NCBI RefSeq assembly: GCF_006345805.1
Contig: NC_043017.1
Location: forward strand, 1,922,001 to 1,986,000
Origin: Octopus sinensis
Lineage: Eukaryota
DNA length: 64,000 nt
Reading direction: 5' to 3'
Shown here: positions 1 to 13,680 of the stretch, one piece after another
Numbering within the stretch: the stretch's first letter is position 1
Layout of the letters: each line of letters starts with the position of its first letter
Program-made: the position numbers and the translations under genes
The notes under the pieces: model-generated
The model's input: only the letters and a program-made list of their open reading frames with translations
What the model was told of the DNA's origin: nothing
The model's database searches: none

Positions 1-1149
1 TACAAAATGTCATTGTTTAAGATGGCCTCGTCTAGTTTCGTAGAAATGTCCTCCTCTCACTTATAAATCGTTTCTTCTCTGCAGTGGCAGCATTGTTAAA
101 CAAACGAATGTTTCATAATCTTGTAGTTTTGATTCTAACATCTTTTAAAATTCGAGCTTCCTATTCTGTGAAAACGAATAAATCTGTGAGTCTCGCCGAA
201 TCCATTATGCGACTATTCATCATCCGTAAATCTGCAGGGAATACTATACCGGTAGAATCTAACAGTTCAATTAATTGGCTTCAGTTTTCTTTAACATAGT
301 AATAAATATGCATGCAAAAGTCATGTATAATATATAATGATGCTCCATGTTCATTAATAATTGCTATGTGCCCTGGCCATTGAAATCAATTTTAATATAG
401 TTAAGTGCTAACATATTTAAGTTCACGATAAGAAAAAAATGAACAGAAATACGTTTCAGAGACGAGAATATAGACTTAATTAAATCTGGTTAATAAAAAT
501 TGAAGAAAACTCCGAATGTTAATTAATCAAAATATGATGCTTCTGTACAGATATTAATTTAATCTAATCCGAGTATTCATGGCTCATGGCTCTAAATCCC
601 AGCAAGTATCGTTCTTGTTAATGCAATTTCAATCAATTTAATTTTTTCGCTTTACATTATGTTGCTCATTACGTTAAGTGTGCTAGCACTTACTTAACTA
701 TTATTGTTTCAGGCAGATAGTGTTCCAAGGAAATATCACATCATCTTTATGTTAGTTAGTCGAAAGACATCGTGAACATCTCTTTGTACTTGATAAGATC
801 TTCTAAATGCTATGCTTGGCTGAGGAGGTTAAATTTGATAGAAACATACCTGGAATTTCCAGCCAGCTGAATAAATATGAGAATGAATTCATATTAGTTT
901 AATATTTACACTTTTTGCAGCAATGCATGTGTAACTTAAAATTTAATTAATTAAAATATTGGTGTTACCACGACCGCATTTGCTTAACTTTTCGCCCTAT
1001 GTTTATCTGCTTTTAACTGGATTATAATTTTATTAAATTTAATTTAATTTGCTCCCAACATTATATATTATCAATTACTGAATTACTGGGTAACAGAATT
1101 ATAGAACCTTTTCTTAGTTTCCTGCAGACATAACAGATGCTTCAAATTT

Positions 1150-1315
1150 TGCCATAAGGCCAGTGATTTCGTATGAAAGATAGTAATTCGATTACATAGA
1201 CCCTCCACCAGTGCTTAATAGGCACTTATTTTATCGGCCTCGAGGGAATGGAAAGCAAAGTTGACCTCGATGGAATTTCAACTCAGAACCTAAAGACGGA
1301 CGAGTTCCTGAGAAC
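1150..1315 (-). mobile_element. SINE family A diverged partial copy
   Basis: aaagcaaagttgacctcgatggaatttcaactcagaacctaaagacggacg. Confidence 0.7.
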
Positions 1316-1414
1316 TACGTTAAGTTTACACGTGTCTGGGAAGTGCTCAACCACTTGCAAGTTAATTTCACGGGCAAGCTATTCCGTTGATCGTAACCAA
1401 CTGAGTGCTTCTCT

Positions 1415-1511
1415 ATACATACATACATCATACATACATATATACATATATATATACACACACACATGTTTTCTGTGTGTGTATGTGTACAATGTATACG
1501 TACATACATAC

Positions 1512-1542
<31 letters not shown>

Positions 1543-1680
1543 CATGCATACATACACACATACATACATACATACATACATACATACATACATACATACA
1601 TGCATACATACATACATACATACATACATACATGCATACATACATACATACATACATACATACATACATACATACATACA

Positions 1681-1710
<30 letters not shown>
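1415..1710 (+). repeat. (TACA)n microsatellite
   Basis: Direct reading. Source of the YIHT/MYVC ORF artefacts. Confidence 0.95.
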
Positions 1711-1711
<1 letters not shown>

Positions 1712-2284
1712 GGTGTGTATTAATTGGTAGGAGCAACAAAAGAATGCTCAGTTCAGTGAGAGTCACTTATTTAACGAATGCTGAAATTTTTAGGTGACTT
1801 ACTTCAATTTTCATGACCAAATACAGCAATATTCAGTCGCACTGGCTGGAACTCCAGAGCAATGATGCATCGCGATGAATTTCTGTGGCCGAAGTGCAGG
1901 ACAATCTCTTCAGCGGGTTACACACACAATTAAACATACATTAGACTTTAGCCCATCACAAGTCATAAATTCAGCATTAAATATACACTTACTACATAAG
2001 TAGAACTTTTTCTCTACCCCATTCACCCGTTAGGCCGAAAAGGGTGCAAACTACTTTCAAAACCCGTAATTATAACCCTCCGTGTCAGAGAATTTTTTTT
2101 GACATGATTTTTGTCCCCAGAGAAGGAATGTTATATAAACCTGAAGGTTTACCGGATCGTACACAGTACGGCCTGCATAAATTCACCCGAATATCAAAAC
2201 TATTGCACTTCCCGAGCATGAAATATAATGTAGCTGACGTATTAATTAATTTTATACATACATACATACATCATACATACATAT

Positions 2285-2337
<53 letters not shown>

Positions 2338-2597
2338 ATATATATGTATTCATTATACATATATACACATATATATTATGAACTATATATATTACATAAT
2401 ATAAATATATATTTACACGTGCATATATACATATATATATGTCTATATATGTATATATATATATAACATACATTCACACATGTACATGTACTCGGATACA
2501 CATATATTCATGTGTGCATCTGCGCATATATACATTGCGTGTGAGTGCGCGTATGCCTACGTGCATGCTTGCGTTCCTCGTATTTCTGTCAGCATGG

Positions 2598-2631
<34 letters not shown>

Positions 2632-3007
2632 GAAAATTCATGAAATGTAAGCCTGAATTTCTATGTAACTAATTCTTTTTTCCGAAATACCAGAGAACAT
2701 AAATAGTGAATTGAAAATTAAGGAAAACATGATTTCCTGTGAGCTTTGAACAATTTAAAGAAATTGCGTCTCTGTATCATACTGACTTTAAGTAGATTGC
2801 TTTAATACTGCCTACAAATATCCAGATCTACCGTTCTTAATGGTGTACAAAATACAAATATTAAACATTATTGACAATATCAACAATGTACACGCCATTT
2901 CTCAATAATTTATTACTTATTTCGCTTCATATATATATATACACAGTCACAAAGACACACACACACATGTCTATGTACATACGTATGCATATACATATAT
3001 ATACATA

Positions 3008-3068
<61 letters not shown>

Positions 3069-3382
3069 CATACATATATATATATACATGGTGTTAAGAG
3101 AGTGACATTTTGTATCTGTGTACATATAGACATGTGTGTATGTGCGTGCGTGTATGAATGTGTGTGTCAATTATATTTTCCCTTTGAATGTACTTCACAC
3201 GATTGCACACACACTCACACACACACACACAATCACTCGTACACAAACACACATACACACACACAATGATACTCACATACGGACATGTATACATCTACAA
3301 CCATGCACATTTATGAAATTAAGGTTAGAACTTCTACCTGTTTCTCAGTATCGTACTCGTGTTTGGATTTTTAATGTATCTT

Positions 3383-3473
<91 letters not shown>

Positions 3474-3699
3474 GTGTGTGTGTGTGTGCGTGTATGATGT
3501 GTTTGAGTATAGAATGGGGAGAGAATCAGTGCTCAGAAACAAATATTCAGGAATGTATATCACCGATGTGGTTTCATGTGATATCATTTCATTTCACTCC
3601 ACCCACGACAATCATGCTCCATTGAGAAAAAAAAATGGCGTCACAGATTTTTTTCCGCTTTAAAAATATAATTCAAAGCTTCTTCATGAATAATTGCGC

Positions 3700-4050
3700 A
3701 TAGCTAAGTAGTTAGAGGGTCAGTGTCACACTCATAAGGTAGTGAGTTTGATTTGCAGTCCGAGCTGTGTGTTGTGTTCTTGAGCAAGACACTTTATTTC
3801 ACGTTGCTCCAGTTCACTCAGCTGTGGATGGGAGCTGCAACGTCACTGGTGCCAAGCTGTATCGGCCTTTGACTTTCCCTTGGACAACACTGGTGGCATG
3901 GAGAGAGGAGGCCGGTATGCATGGGCAACTGCTGGTCTTCCATAAAGAACCTTGCCCGCGCTTGTGCCTCGGAGGGTAACTCTTTAGGTTGCAATTCCAA
4001 GGTCATTGATAACCAGAAGGAGATCTTTACCCAATATAGCAGATAGATAC
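3700..4050 (+). mobile_element. SINE family C-related copy
   Basis: tgtgttcttgagcaagacactttatttcacgttgctccagttcactcagctg core. Confidence 0.7.
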
Positions 4051-4758
4051 GACGTATCCTATAGCTCATTCATTCATTTAATGCAAGCTGATGATTCAGG
4101 GACTTGGCTTTATGAGTTTCACGAAGACAGCCCTTCAGAAATGTGACGAATAACTCAAATTTTAACAGATCTTCTGTATTCATAGACTAATTCAGTGGTC
4201 AGGTTTTGGTAATGGTATTTTGAGTCAGAAGTCGGTTACTCCAAAGGGTTAGCTACACCACTCTATTATTCTACAGTATAAAACACGCTGATGTTCTCCT
4301 ACCGCTAGCTACAAGGCACTAGACATGAAATATGAGTTTTAATGTCTATATCTGGACTTTCTAGTTTTGCTTACTACCTAGTAATGTTAAATTGTTAAAT
4401 TATTATTCTATGCGGTTAATAATTCAATAATTCACACTTGACAGGACTGTTAGCACGGATTTAGTTTCTTTTATAGAAAAACAGATTTCTTCAACTGCGA
4501 AACATCCCTCACGAGGAAGGAAGTCTTTTTAAAAGATTTACTAGAATGTAATATTGTCAAAGAGAAAGAAAAAGAAATAGAAACTGAAAAACTCTGCATC
4601 AGACAAACAGTTTAGAGGAGGAGATATAGAATCCAACAGACTGTCACTTACTACACCCACCAGGCCATATGATCGACGTATCCATTCAAATGGTTCTAAA
4701 TGACGTCACACTTCTGGACACTGGTTTCTTGAAAATGTGAGAGAAACTTTGAGAATTA

Positions 4759-5541
4759 AAGGCGGCGAGCTAGCAGAAACGTTAGCATACTGGGCGAAAT
4801 GTTTAGCGGTATTTCGTCTGCCGTTACGTTCTGAGTTCAAATTCCGCCGAGGTCGACTTTGCCTTTCATCCTTTCGGGGTCGATTAAATAAGTACCAGTT
4901 CCGCACTGGGGTCGATATAATCGACTTAATCTGTTTGTCTGTCCTTGTTTGTCCTCTCTGTGTTTAGCCCCTTGTGGGTAGTAAAGAAATAGGTATTTCG
5001 TCTGCCGCTTCGTTCTGAGTTCGAATTCCGCCGAAGTCGACTTTGCCTTTCATCCTTTCGGGGATGATTAAATAAGTACCAGTTACGCACTGGGGTCGAT
5101 ATAATCGACTTATCCGTTTGTCTGTCCTTGTTTGTCCCTTCTGTGTTTAGCCCCTTGTGGGTAGTAAAGAAATATGTATTTCGTCTGCGGTTACGCTCTG
5201 AGTTCAAATTCCGCCGAGGTCAACTCTGTCTTTCATCTTTTCGGGGTCGATAAATTAAGTACCAGTTACGCACTGGGGTCGATATAATCGACTTAATCCC
5301 TTGTCTGTCTTTGTTTGTCCCTTGTGCGTTTAGCCCCTTGTGGGTAGTAAAGAAATAGGTATTTCGTTTGCCGCTTCGTTCTGAGTTCGAATTCCGCCGA
5401 AGTCGACTTTGCCTTTCATCCTTTCGGGGTCGATTAAATAAGTACCACTTACGCACTGGGGTCGATGTAATCGACTTAATCCGTTTGTCTCTCCTTGTTG
5501 GTTCCCTCTGTGTGTAGCCCCTTGTGGGCAGTAAAGAAATA
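4759..5541 (+). mobile_element. tRNA-derived SINE (family A), one head + four tandem 183-184-bp body units, flanked by a 17-bp TSD
   Basis: Head ggcggcgagctagcagaaacgttagc. Units start at 4808, 4992, 5175 and 5358. TSD agaaactttgagaatta (4742-58) / agaaactttgaggatta (5542-58). Confidence 0.9.
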
Positions 5542-5698
5542 AGAAACTTTGAGGATTACCACTAGAATCTGATGAAACACCGACTGCAATTAAGAGAATA
5601 CGACGAGGACAGCAACATCCAAAAGACAAGAAGAATGTTAACGACATGTGCTGTACGATCATCATCGGCAGAACAAGAAGAACAATATGTGAAGAGAT

Positions 5699-5750
<52 letters not shown>

Positions 5751-6140
5751 GGTGAGGAAATATATACTTTACAGACTTGTAAATGTAAGAATATTAATGA
5801 ACAAACAAGACGAGTAATTCAATAGCTTGTAATTTAATGGCTACTTATGTGTGTATGTGTCTGTCTATACGCGTATATATGTGTGGGTGTGTGAGTATGT
5901 GTGTGTTGATGTGTGCGTATTTGTACATGTGTCTGTATGTATGTGTGTGTGTGTGTTTATATGTCACTCTTTCACACTCTGCCACCCTTTCTGTCCTCTT
6001 CTTTCAGTCTGTCTGTCTGTCTCTCTCTCTTTCCCTTTCTGATATCCCCCCCTCCTCTCCGTGCTGATTTATTTTGTCGTATTTTACTTTGATAAGCGAC
6101 ATTAATACATTGCTTCAAACCGGAAATTAAAGACTGTCAA

Positions 6141-6210
<70 letters not shown>

Positions 6211-6223
6211 GTATATACATATA

Positions 6224-6256
<33 letters not shown>

Positions 6257-6978
6257 ATGTATATATACATATACACACATATACATATATATATGTACAT
6301 ATATGCATATATATATATGTATATGTGTATGTATCTATCTATATATATATGTGTGTGTATGTATGTAATGTATGTATGTATTTATGAGTGTATGTATGTA
6401 TGTGTATGAATTTATGTGTATATATATAACCACGCATAAAACTAAGTGCAAAATTATACATAATTTTTACATACACACGTAAGCACACACCCTCACACGC
6501 ACACATACATACATACACACATACATACATCATACATACATACATACATACATACATACAAACATACATACATACATACATATACATACATACATACGTA
6601 TATACATATATATATATAGGCCTATATGTATATAGGCACGGACAAAAAGAAAGCTAACCACAGGACTTTTAACACGCATTGATAGATTCTGCTAAACATA
6701 CTTCTAATAGATGAAATGTCTATATTTGTTAAAATAAATATCCACTTCCGCTGCAGTGTTAAGTATTTATGTGTGCAGTTGTATAAGCAATTAACAGTGC
6801 ATACATTTATACATAGTTACATACATAATTGAACACTCACTAAAAATTTCGTATATACGCATACTTGTACACACACACAAATGCGCACAAACTCACACAC
6901 CCATATGCATAGAAGTATAAATTTACACACAAACAATTGTGTGTATAATAAAGCAATATATGTATATATATATATATA

Positions 6979-7350
6979 GTGGAGACGCAATGGCCCAGTA
7001 CTTAGGGCAGCGGACTTGCGGTCGTAGGATCGCGGTTTCGATTGCCAGACCGGGGGTTGTGAGTGTTTATTGAGCGAAAACACCTAAAGCTCCACGAGGC
7101 TCCGGCAGGTGATGGTGGCGAACCCTGCTGTACTCTTTCACCGCAACTTTCCCCTCACTCTTTCTTCCTGTTTCTGTTGTACCTTTATTTCTTAGGGCCG
7201 GCCTTGCCACACTGCGTGTCACGCTGAATCTCCCCGAGAGGGTACTTGTGTCCGTGGAATGCTCAGCCACTTGCATGTTAATTTCACGAGCAGGCTGTTC
7301 CGCTGATCGGATCAACTGGAACCCTCGTCGTCGTAACCGATGGAGTGCTA
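6979..7350 (+). mobile_element. tRNA-derived SINE family D
   Basis: Head gacgcaatggcccagt...ggtttcgattgcc, tail gctcagccacttgcatgttaatttcacgagcagg...gtaaccgatggagtgc. Confidence 0.85.
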
Positions 7351-7699
7351 ACAAATATGTATAAATTTGTATGTTGTGCATTAGAGTAAATGTGTGTTGG
7401 CAAGCTGGCCGAATGGTTAGTCTGCCCATTTCGAAATCACGTGGTCGCCAGTTTGATTTCAGTGCGTCTCACCTTGGTCAATCATTTTCTGTTATTTTCC
7501 TCGAATCGACTCAAGATTGGCGCAGTTGAAAGCTTACCAAATAAATTTGACCTGTAAATTCAAATGTTTAGGATTTTCATAGTGTGTCTTGGAAGCTTCA
7601 TCACGAAAGAACTACTTTAAAACTAACGGGTTTACGGAATGTTCAGCCGCTTGCCATGGTAAGTATAACTGAGTAAATATTTCTATTGATCGGTTAACT

Positions 7700-7920
7700 C
7701 AGCGGTCCCCAACCAGGGGGCATACGACCCTTTATAAGATTTATTTTGGCTAAAGTTTATGTGAAATTAATTGTTTATACATCTACAATACACAAGGTAT
7801 TTCAAGTTTTTAAAAATAAAATTCCTAGTAATATTTAATTCTAAAATATAGGATTGAATAGCTATGAAGATCCATCCGATGAAAAGGGGTTCTTAGGCAA
7901 AAAGTGGTAGAGAAACTCTG
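7700..7920. mobile_element. hAT-type MITE
   Basis: Imperfect TIRs cagcggtccccaacc / ggtagagaaactctg. Imperfect 8-bp TSD ggttaact / agttaagt. Confidence 0.55.
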
Positions 7921-7960
7921 AGTTAAGTGAATAGTCTTTAGTTGTTTGTCTAAAATTTTA

Positions 7961-8307
7961 GGCGTAGGAGTGGCTCTGTGGTAAATAGCTTACTTACGAA
8001 CCACATGGTTCCGGGTTTAGTCCCACTGCGTGGCAGCCTCGGGCTGACCAGTGCCTTGTGAGAGGATTTGGTAGACGGAAACTGAAAGAAGTCCGTTGTA
8101 TATATGTATATATATATGTGTGTGTGCGTATGTTTGTGTGCCTGTGTTTGTCCTCCCAACATCGCTTGGCAACCGATGCTGGTGTATTTACGTCTCCGTA
8201 ACTTAGCGGTTCGGCAATAAGGGATCGATAGAATAAGTCCTAGGCTTACAAAGAATAAGTCCTGGGGTCGATTTGCTCGATTAAAGGTGGTGCTCCAGCA
8301 TGTCCAC
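7961..8307 (+). mobile_element. tRNA-derived SINE family B
   Basis: Head ggcgtaggagtggctctgtggtaa...ggtttagtccc, central gccttgtgagaggatttggtagacggaaactgaaagaag, internal (TA)/(TG) tract, tail gaataagtcctggggtcgatttgctcg. Shared with other copies in the window. Confidence 0.85.
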
Positions 8308-8322
8308 AATAATATTTCACTC

Positions 8323-8412
<90 letters not shown>

Positions 8413-8750
8413 TATGTATACTTGATCACAAACCTGATTTGTGATTAATCTGTATATTTTGTATCTTTTCATTTGTCTTGCTCGCTTACGTTCTGACGTT
8501 TGCTGAATTTTGTTGAGAACATTCTTTTCTTAGTGGTAAGACCATAGGGGGTCGACTTCTAGCATAATGGATGTCCATTTAGTGGTCATTCCCTCTTATA
8601 TGTAATATAATTTTCTCTGAAGGATCAGATTTTTCAATATGCTAGACCACTGGTTTTAAATTGATATTAATCAAAATAATATTCAATTTTTCCCCCTGTT
8701 ATTTTAAATGTATATATACATATATATATATAATATATATAATATATATA

Positions 8751-8783
<33 letters not shown>

Positions 8784-9133
8784 CTAGTGTGCCTAAACGA
8801 AAACTTTTGATAATAATCGCAAATGTAATAGGTAGAATTACATGCATTTCGACCTCGTGTTGATATCTGGCGTGTAGTTCTGCAAATTATATTCTGCATA
8901 GACGATCATACTGACGATCTACAGATAAGTTGTGTAAGTAAAATTATATAACTCGTTGATAGTGAAACAATTGTTTATGATTTATCTATATTTTTGTTAT
9001 TTTTCATTTGTCTTGCTCGCTTACGTTTCTTGTGTGCTAAATTTTTACTGGAGAACAATTCTTAGTGGTTAAGACCATAGCGAATCTTATTCTAGCATAA
9101 GGGTTTCCACACAGTGGTTAAAAAAATTCCATC

Positions 9134-9178
<45 letters not shown>

Positions 9179-9239
9179 GTACACACACACACACGCACAC
9201 ACACACACATATATATATATTATATATATATATATATTA

Positions 9240-9285
<46 letters not shown>

Positions 9286-9775
9286 GTTTATTCTTAACTT
9301 CCAATTACACGGGCGTTTAAAATGATGTTCAAAAATGAGCAAAAATCACGTTTATGCTTTCACCGGTTTTCTACAACCAAAACATCAATAACAATGATTT
9401 TTACATAAGAATAGAAGATAAAGTGGCATTCTTGATAGTAACACATTTTCGAAGCCATTCTTTTTTTTCCAATCTTTTCCGAGTGATTTTGAAGACAGGA
9501 ATGATAACAAAGACTGAAAGTTGTAATAAAACTATTTCATATGAGAAAAAAAAATAGCTTTCATGATGTTCTCTTTATTACTCTATTATCACTTTGGACC
9601 AAAGTCTGTGGCTTTTCTGGGACGTCGCTCCTAAAGCTGTGTCATCGAACAACAATTGCTGCAAAACAATGAGACAATAAAAAGTTGGAAATATTTAAAA
9701 AGAAAAAAACAAGAAAGAGCAGTGTTTGATACTTGCATTGGACAAACGGTGAAATACAGAAAAACCAGACGCGTA

Positions 9776-9820
<45 letters not shown>

Positions 9821-11385
9821 TAATAATAAGAAGAAGAAGAAGAATAATAATAATAATAATAATAATAATGGTAATAACAATAATAATAATGATAATAACA
9901 ATAATAATAATGATAATAATATGTGTGTATTTTTTGTTTGTGTATGTGTGTATGTGTGTGTGTATGGATATATATATATATATGTTGTTACATGCTGAAA
10001 TATACTTGGGACTTATGCGAACTCGTAAGAAACATATCCACTGCCTTTTGTGATGGGGAAAATTTCTCGATGTAGACAAACAAGTGTATGCAGAGCGGAT
10101 CAGTTCGAAGTGCGTTCCAACCAGGCTGATGGATGAATGCATTTTAGAGCGGTTAATTACTCACCAACATCAGATACCTGAAAGTGGAACTCTACGACTG
10201 ACGAGAGATGGATGCCTCTTATGATATTCCCGGCATTGTGCAGTCACTGGTTGCTCTAATCAGTGTCTCGCCGAAAATAAAATAAGGAGTCGAAACGCTA
10301 TGCAATGTTGTTTATGAATTAAGACTTGTTACCAACACAAATATTTCGTCAGTTCTTCTCGAACTTGCACCGATCACATGGTCCAGCTAGCAAACTACAT
10401 TCTTTGCCGAAAATCTCATTTCCTCAGCAAACATATTGAAGGAATTTAAAACAAAAATAAAAAGCATTAAATTTAAGAAGAACGAAGACATAATGTCGCA
10501 GAGTTACTTCTCGTTTGTTTTGAGGTGGAGTGGGCGGAAAGAAGCCAGTTAAAATATACAATATAGACACTTCCTGCTTGTTTTGTTGTTGTGTTTTTTT
10601 TTCCTCTTCGAGACAGCTAATCTTATCTTGGTCTTATTAATGTCTGATATATTCTGAGTGATTCTTGTTTTGTCAAAAGCAATCGTAATAAATGTTTAGA
10701 GAAGCATCGTTTTAAAATTTCGCTTTTATATTTATATTTTTAAGTAAATTTACTTTTATTCTTTGTTTAATATATTATTTTTCTTCGCGATTCCTTTTCC
10801 CTCTTCCCTCCTCACTACTCACCCCTCAATTATTTTACAGTTCATTTTTGTTCATCTAATTGGAAACAATTGATATTCAAAGTAATTATTGAGCAGCCTT
10901 TAAATAGTTGATGACAAAAGTAAAAAAAAATATAAAGAAACTATTTCAAAACAAAAACATCGAACTAAAATATATAAATAACAGAATAGGTTTTTAAAAT
11001 ATTTTTTCTTTAATTTGAAATTAAATTTTGCTTTGATGAATTTCAAGACAAGCTTCGAATTACTGGAGTGGAATGTAGTCAGTGTGTGCTAATATATACA
11101 AGTATTTGTGTGTGCGCACACCTGTGTGTGCTTGTGTACGCTTGTGTGTATTATATGTATACAGTTTGTGCATTTTATATACAGTTATACACGTTTATAT
11201 TTAAGCGGACATTGACATAATTTCTGTTCACTGTACACACAAACACGCACTCACGTGCACACATACGTGCGCGTGCGCACACAGTCATACACATGTATAT
11301 TTGTTTTTATGCTTCTCTAGCTATTAATCTATTTATTTATCTATCTACCTATCTCTTAATATGTATGTATATATGTATATATTAT

Positions 11386-11424
<39 letters not shown>

Positions 11425-11541
11425 TATATATGTATGTATGTGTGTGTATGTATGTATGTATGTATGTATGTATGTATGTATGTATGTATGTTTGTTTGTA
11501 TTTATATGTATGTATGTATTATGTATGTATTTACATAAATA

Positions 11542-12100
11542 CACAGGGTGCAGTGAATAAGCTGTTGTCTAAATTACGAAAAAATGAAAATAACACTGAC
11601 GTCTCATTTTAACAGGTATATTTACCAAAAGTACATAAAATTTTCTTGAAATACTAAAGAGTAAATTTATTCTCTAAAATCGCCATTGGCTTCAACCACG
11701 GCCTCCAGACGACTTCAGAGTCTCCTGCTAATCTTCTCGCCTCTCTCCTTGTTTAAGTTGGGGAATGCTGCCATAATACTTGCCTTCACATCATCTTTGC
11801 TGTTATAAGGAGTTTTGTTCGACTGTCGCTCATGTGCGCCCCACAGATAATAACCAAGGGGGTTGCAGTCTGGGGAGTTATGTGGCCAGATGTTATGGAT
11901 GATGTGGTCGCAGAAATTGTCTGACAGCCATGACTGGGTTCTCCTGGTTGTGTGGCATATGTGGCATGGTGCATAGTCCTGTTGCCAGACATAGGGTCTT
12001 CCAGCAGACACCCTCTTGATCCAGGGCAGCATTACATCCTCCAGACACTTGACGTAGGCCTCCGTGTTGAGTGTGAAACCCTGTGGAAAGATGAATAATA
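11542..12100 (-). mobile_element. maT/DD37D Tc1-mariner transposon 3' fragment (pseudogenised transposase + one TIR)
   Basis: PQGFTLNTEAYVKCLEDVMLPWI..RPYVWQQDYAPCH..WPHNSPDCNPLGYYLWG, then RLEAVVEANGDF in a shifted frame. D2-D3 spacing is 40, or 37 after removing a 9-bp duplication (tgtggcata tgtggcatg). Third D mutated to G. TA+cacagggtg end at 11540-50. Confidence 0.85.
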
Positions 12101-13086
12101 TATTATTATGCATTCATTCGAGCATGAATATGATACTGTGGGAGTATACTATATCTCATTAATACTGGAAGAACACACAATGCAACACATGTATTGAGTA
12201 CTCATACAATAAGTATTTTAATTGTTATAACTAAACAATACCAGATATAGACTGAGCAACTCGTACAAAGATATTATGCATTGCAATAATTCTTCAAGGT
12301 TCATATGGCACTAACAACTGCTTGATTTTTTTTTTATTCAATATATTATTTTCAAATTTCGGCAAAAGGCCTGTGATTTGAGGAAGAGGTGAGCCGACTA
12401 CATCGACCCTAGTGGTCAATTGGTACTTATTTTACGATAGCACAATTATCGGCCGTCATTTGATCCGCTTCAGGTATTTAACAAACAATGTGTTAAGTGC
12501 ATCATTTATTGTCTTATCTGAACAACCAAGCTAAAGGCACCATATGAAGAATAATTGCAAAGATTATAAAATGGTGAACTTCAAAGCATCGCAGGTTGCT
12601 TAAATACCACAGCAAAGAACCAGGTATGTCATGGAATGTATCTGAATGAGTTTGAGGTACATTTTGTTGCCACAGTGATATCCAAGACTAAGTTCTTTCT
12701 GCAGTTGTGTAAAAAGAACATTCCACAGTAAATGATGGGGAAGATGACGATTTCCAAGTCCTTCTCTAATGTCGCAAGAATACTAGGTAACAGCTGATAG
12801 AAGCATGGTCTGAGTTTATCAGATCCCGTTGTACAAAACATGAAATCTAGATTTACGAGATTTTAAGTTCCAAACCAAATTTGATTAACTTGGGGCCAAA
12901 TCATCATCAACCATCGAGTTTCATCTGCTGATATTGTTGTCAGCCACTTACCAAGCATTAAGTGGTAATTGTAAAATTTTAATGACTTTATTAATAGCCA
13001 AAGAATTTATTCAGAGGAACATTTCTAATATTACACAGGGGAAACTTCTTATTTTAAACCATACACTACCTACTATAAACAAATAG

Positions 13087-13680
13087 GTGAGCTGCTTTGT
13101 TGTCGAAAATGTAATGAGATCGCATAAGACGCAACGCAATTGGGATGAGACAATTGATGAAAAGCATAGGAAGACTTTAGCGCAATTCCTCCCGTTGACG
13201 TCTCAGATTAGAACTATAGCGAAGACCAATGCATTCCGACATGGTTCTTTGCGAAGGCTTGAATTATTACAACTTTTCAAAGTGTATGAGTGGTGCTATT
13301 TCAGTACTAGGAGATTTCTCCGATACGCTCTGTTAAACGACATAATTAAATAACTCCTTCCCCCACTGTTCGAACGTATATCAGAGGATTTGAAACTCTT
13401 TGGAATACACTGCAATAAAGACAAGCGCTCGGGTAGGATGATTGGATTCCTTTACACTTCGAATCGTTTGACGATCTGGGATGTCTTTGTCACCGATCAA
13501 GTTCTTGAAACAGGATCTCGGAAGCTGACATCCTCTCCAGTGATGTGAAGTCAGCAGAGAAAAGCAAGCAGTGCAGGTACATAGATCGATAAATATCTTT
13601 GTGAACCTATGGCATTAGAAACAACGGATGTTGCCAGTAAATTCTGTCCCGCTTGCACAGAGAGTTGAAACAATACTTTA
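13087..13680 (+). mobile_element. CRE-like non-LTR retrotransposon C-terminal relic (Zn knuckle + restriction-like endonuclease)
   Basis: Ordered degenerate motifs QRNWD, C-FS..R..RYALLNDIIK, DKRSG, IWDVFVTD, SAEKSKQCRY, EPMALETT match the RH..LNDII / KRPDG / WDVT / K..KY / P.A.ET.G pattern of RLE-clade elements. A possible RT relic lies upstream at 12540-13000. Confidence 0.7.

Noticed and set aside
85-185. Plus-strand exon candidate (ttctctgcag|..|gtgagt) encoding AALLNKRMFHNLVVLILTSFKIRASYSVKTNKS
   Set aside because: No homologue recognised and no convincing downstream partner exon. The opposite strand also shows a degenerate open frame.
4808-5541. Tandem 183-bp units as a CRISPR array or as a retrozyme
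   Set aside because: There are no unique spacers, the context is eukaryotic, and neither strand of the unit has a CUGANGA/GAAA core.
4706-5665. Repeated ORFs (RNWYLFNRPRKDERQS...) that look like a tandem peptide precursor
   Set aside because: They are translations of the tandem SINE bodies, and the same text recurs at 19147.
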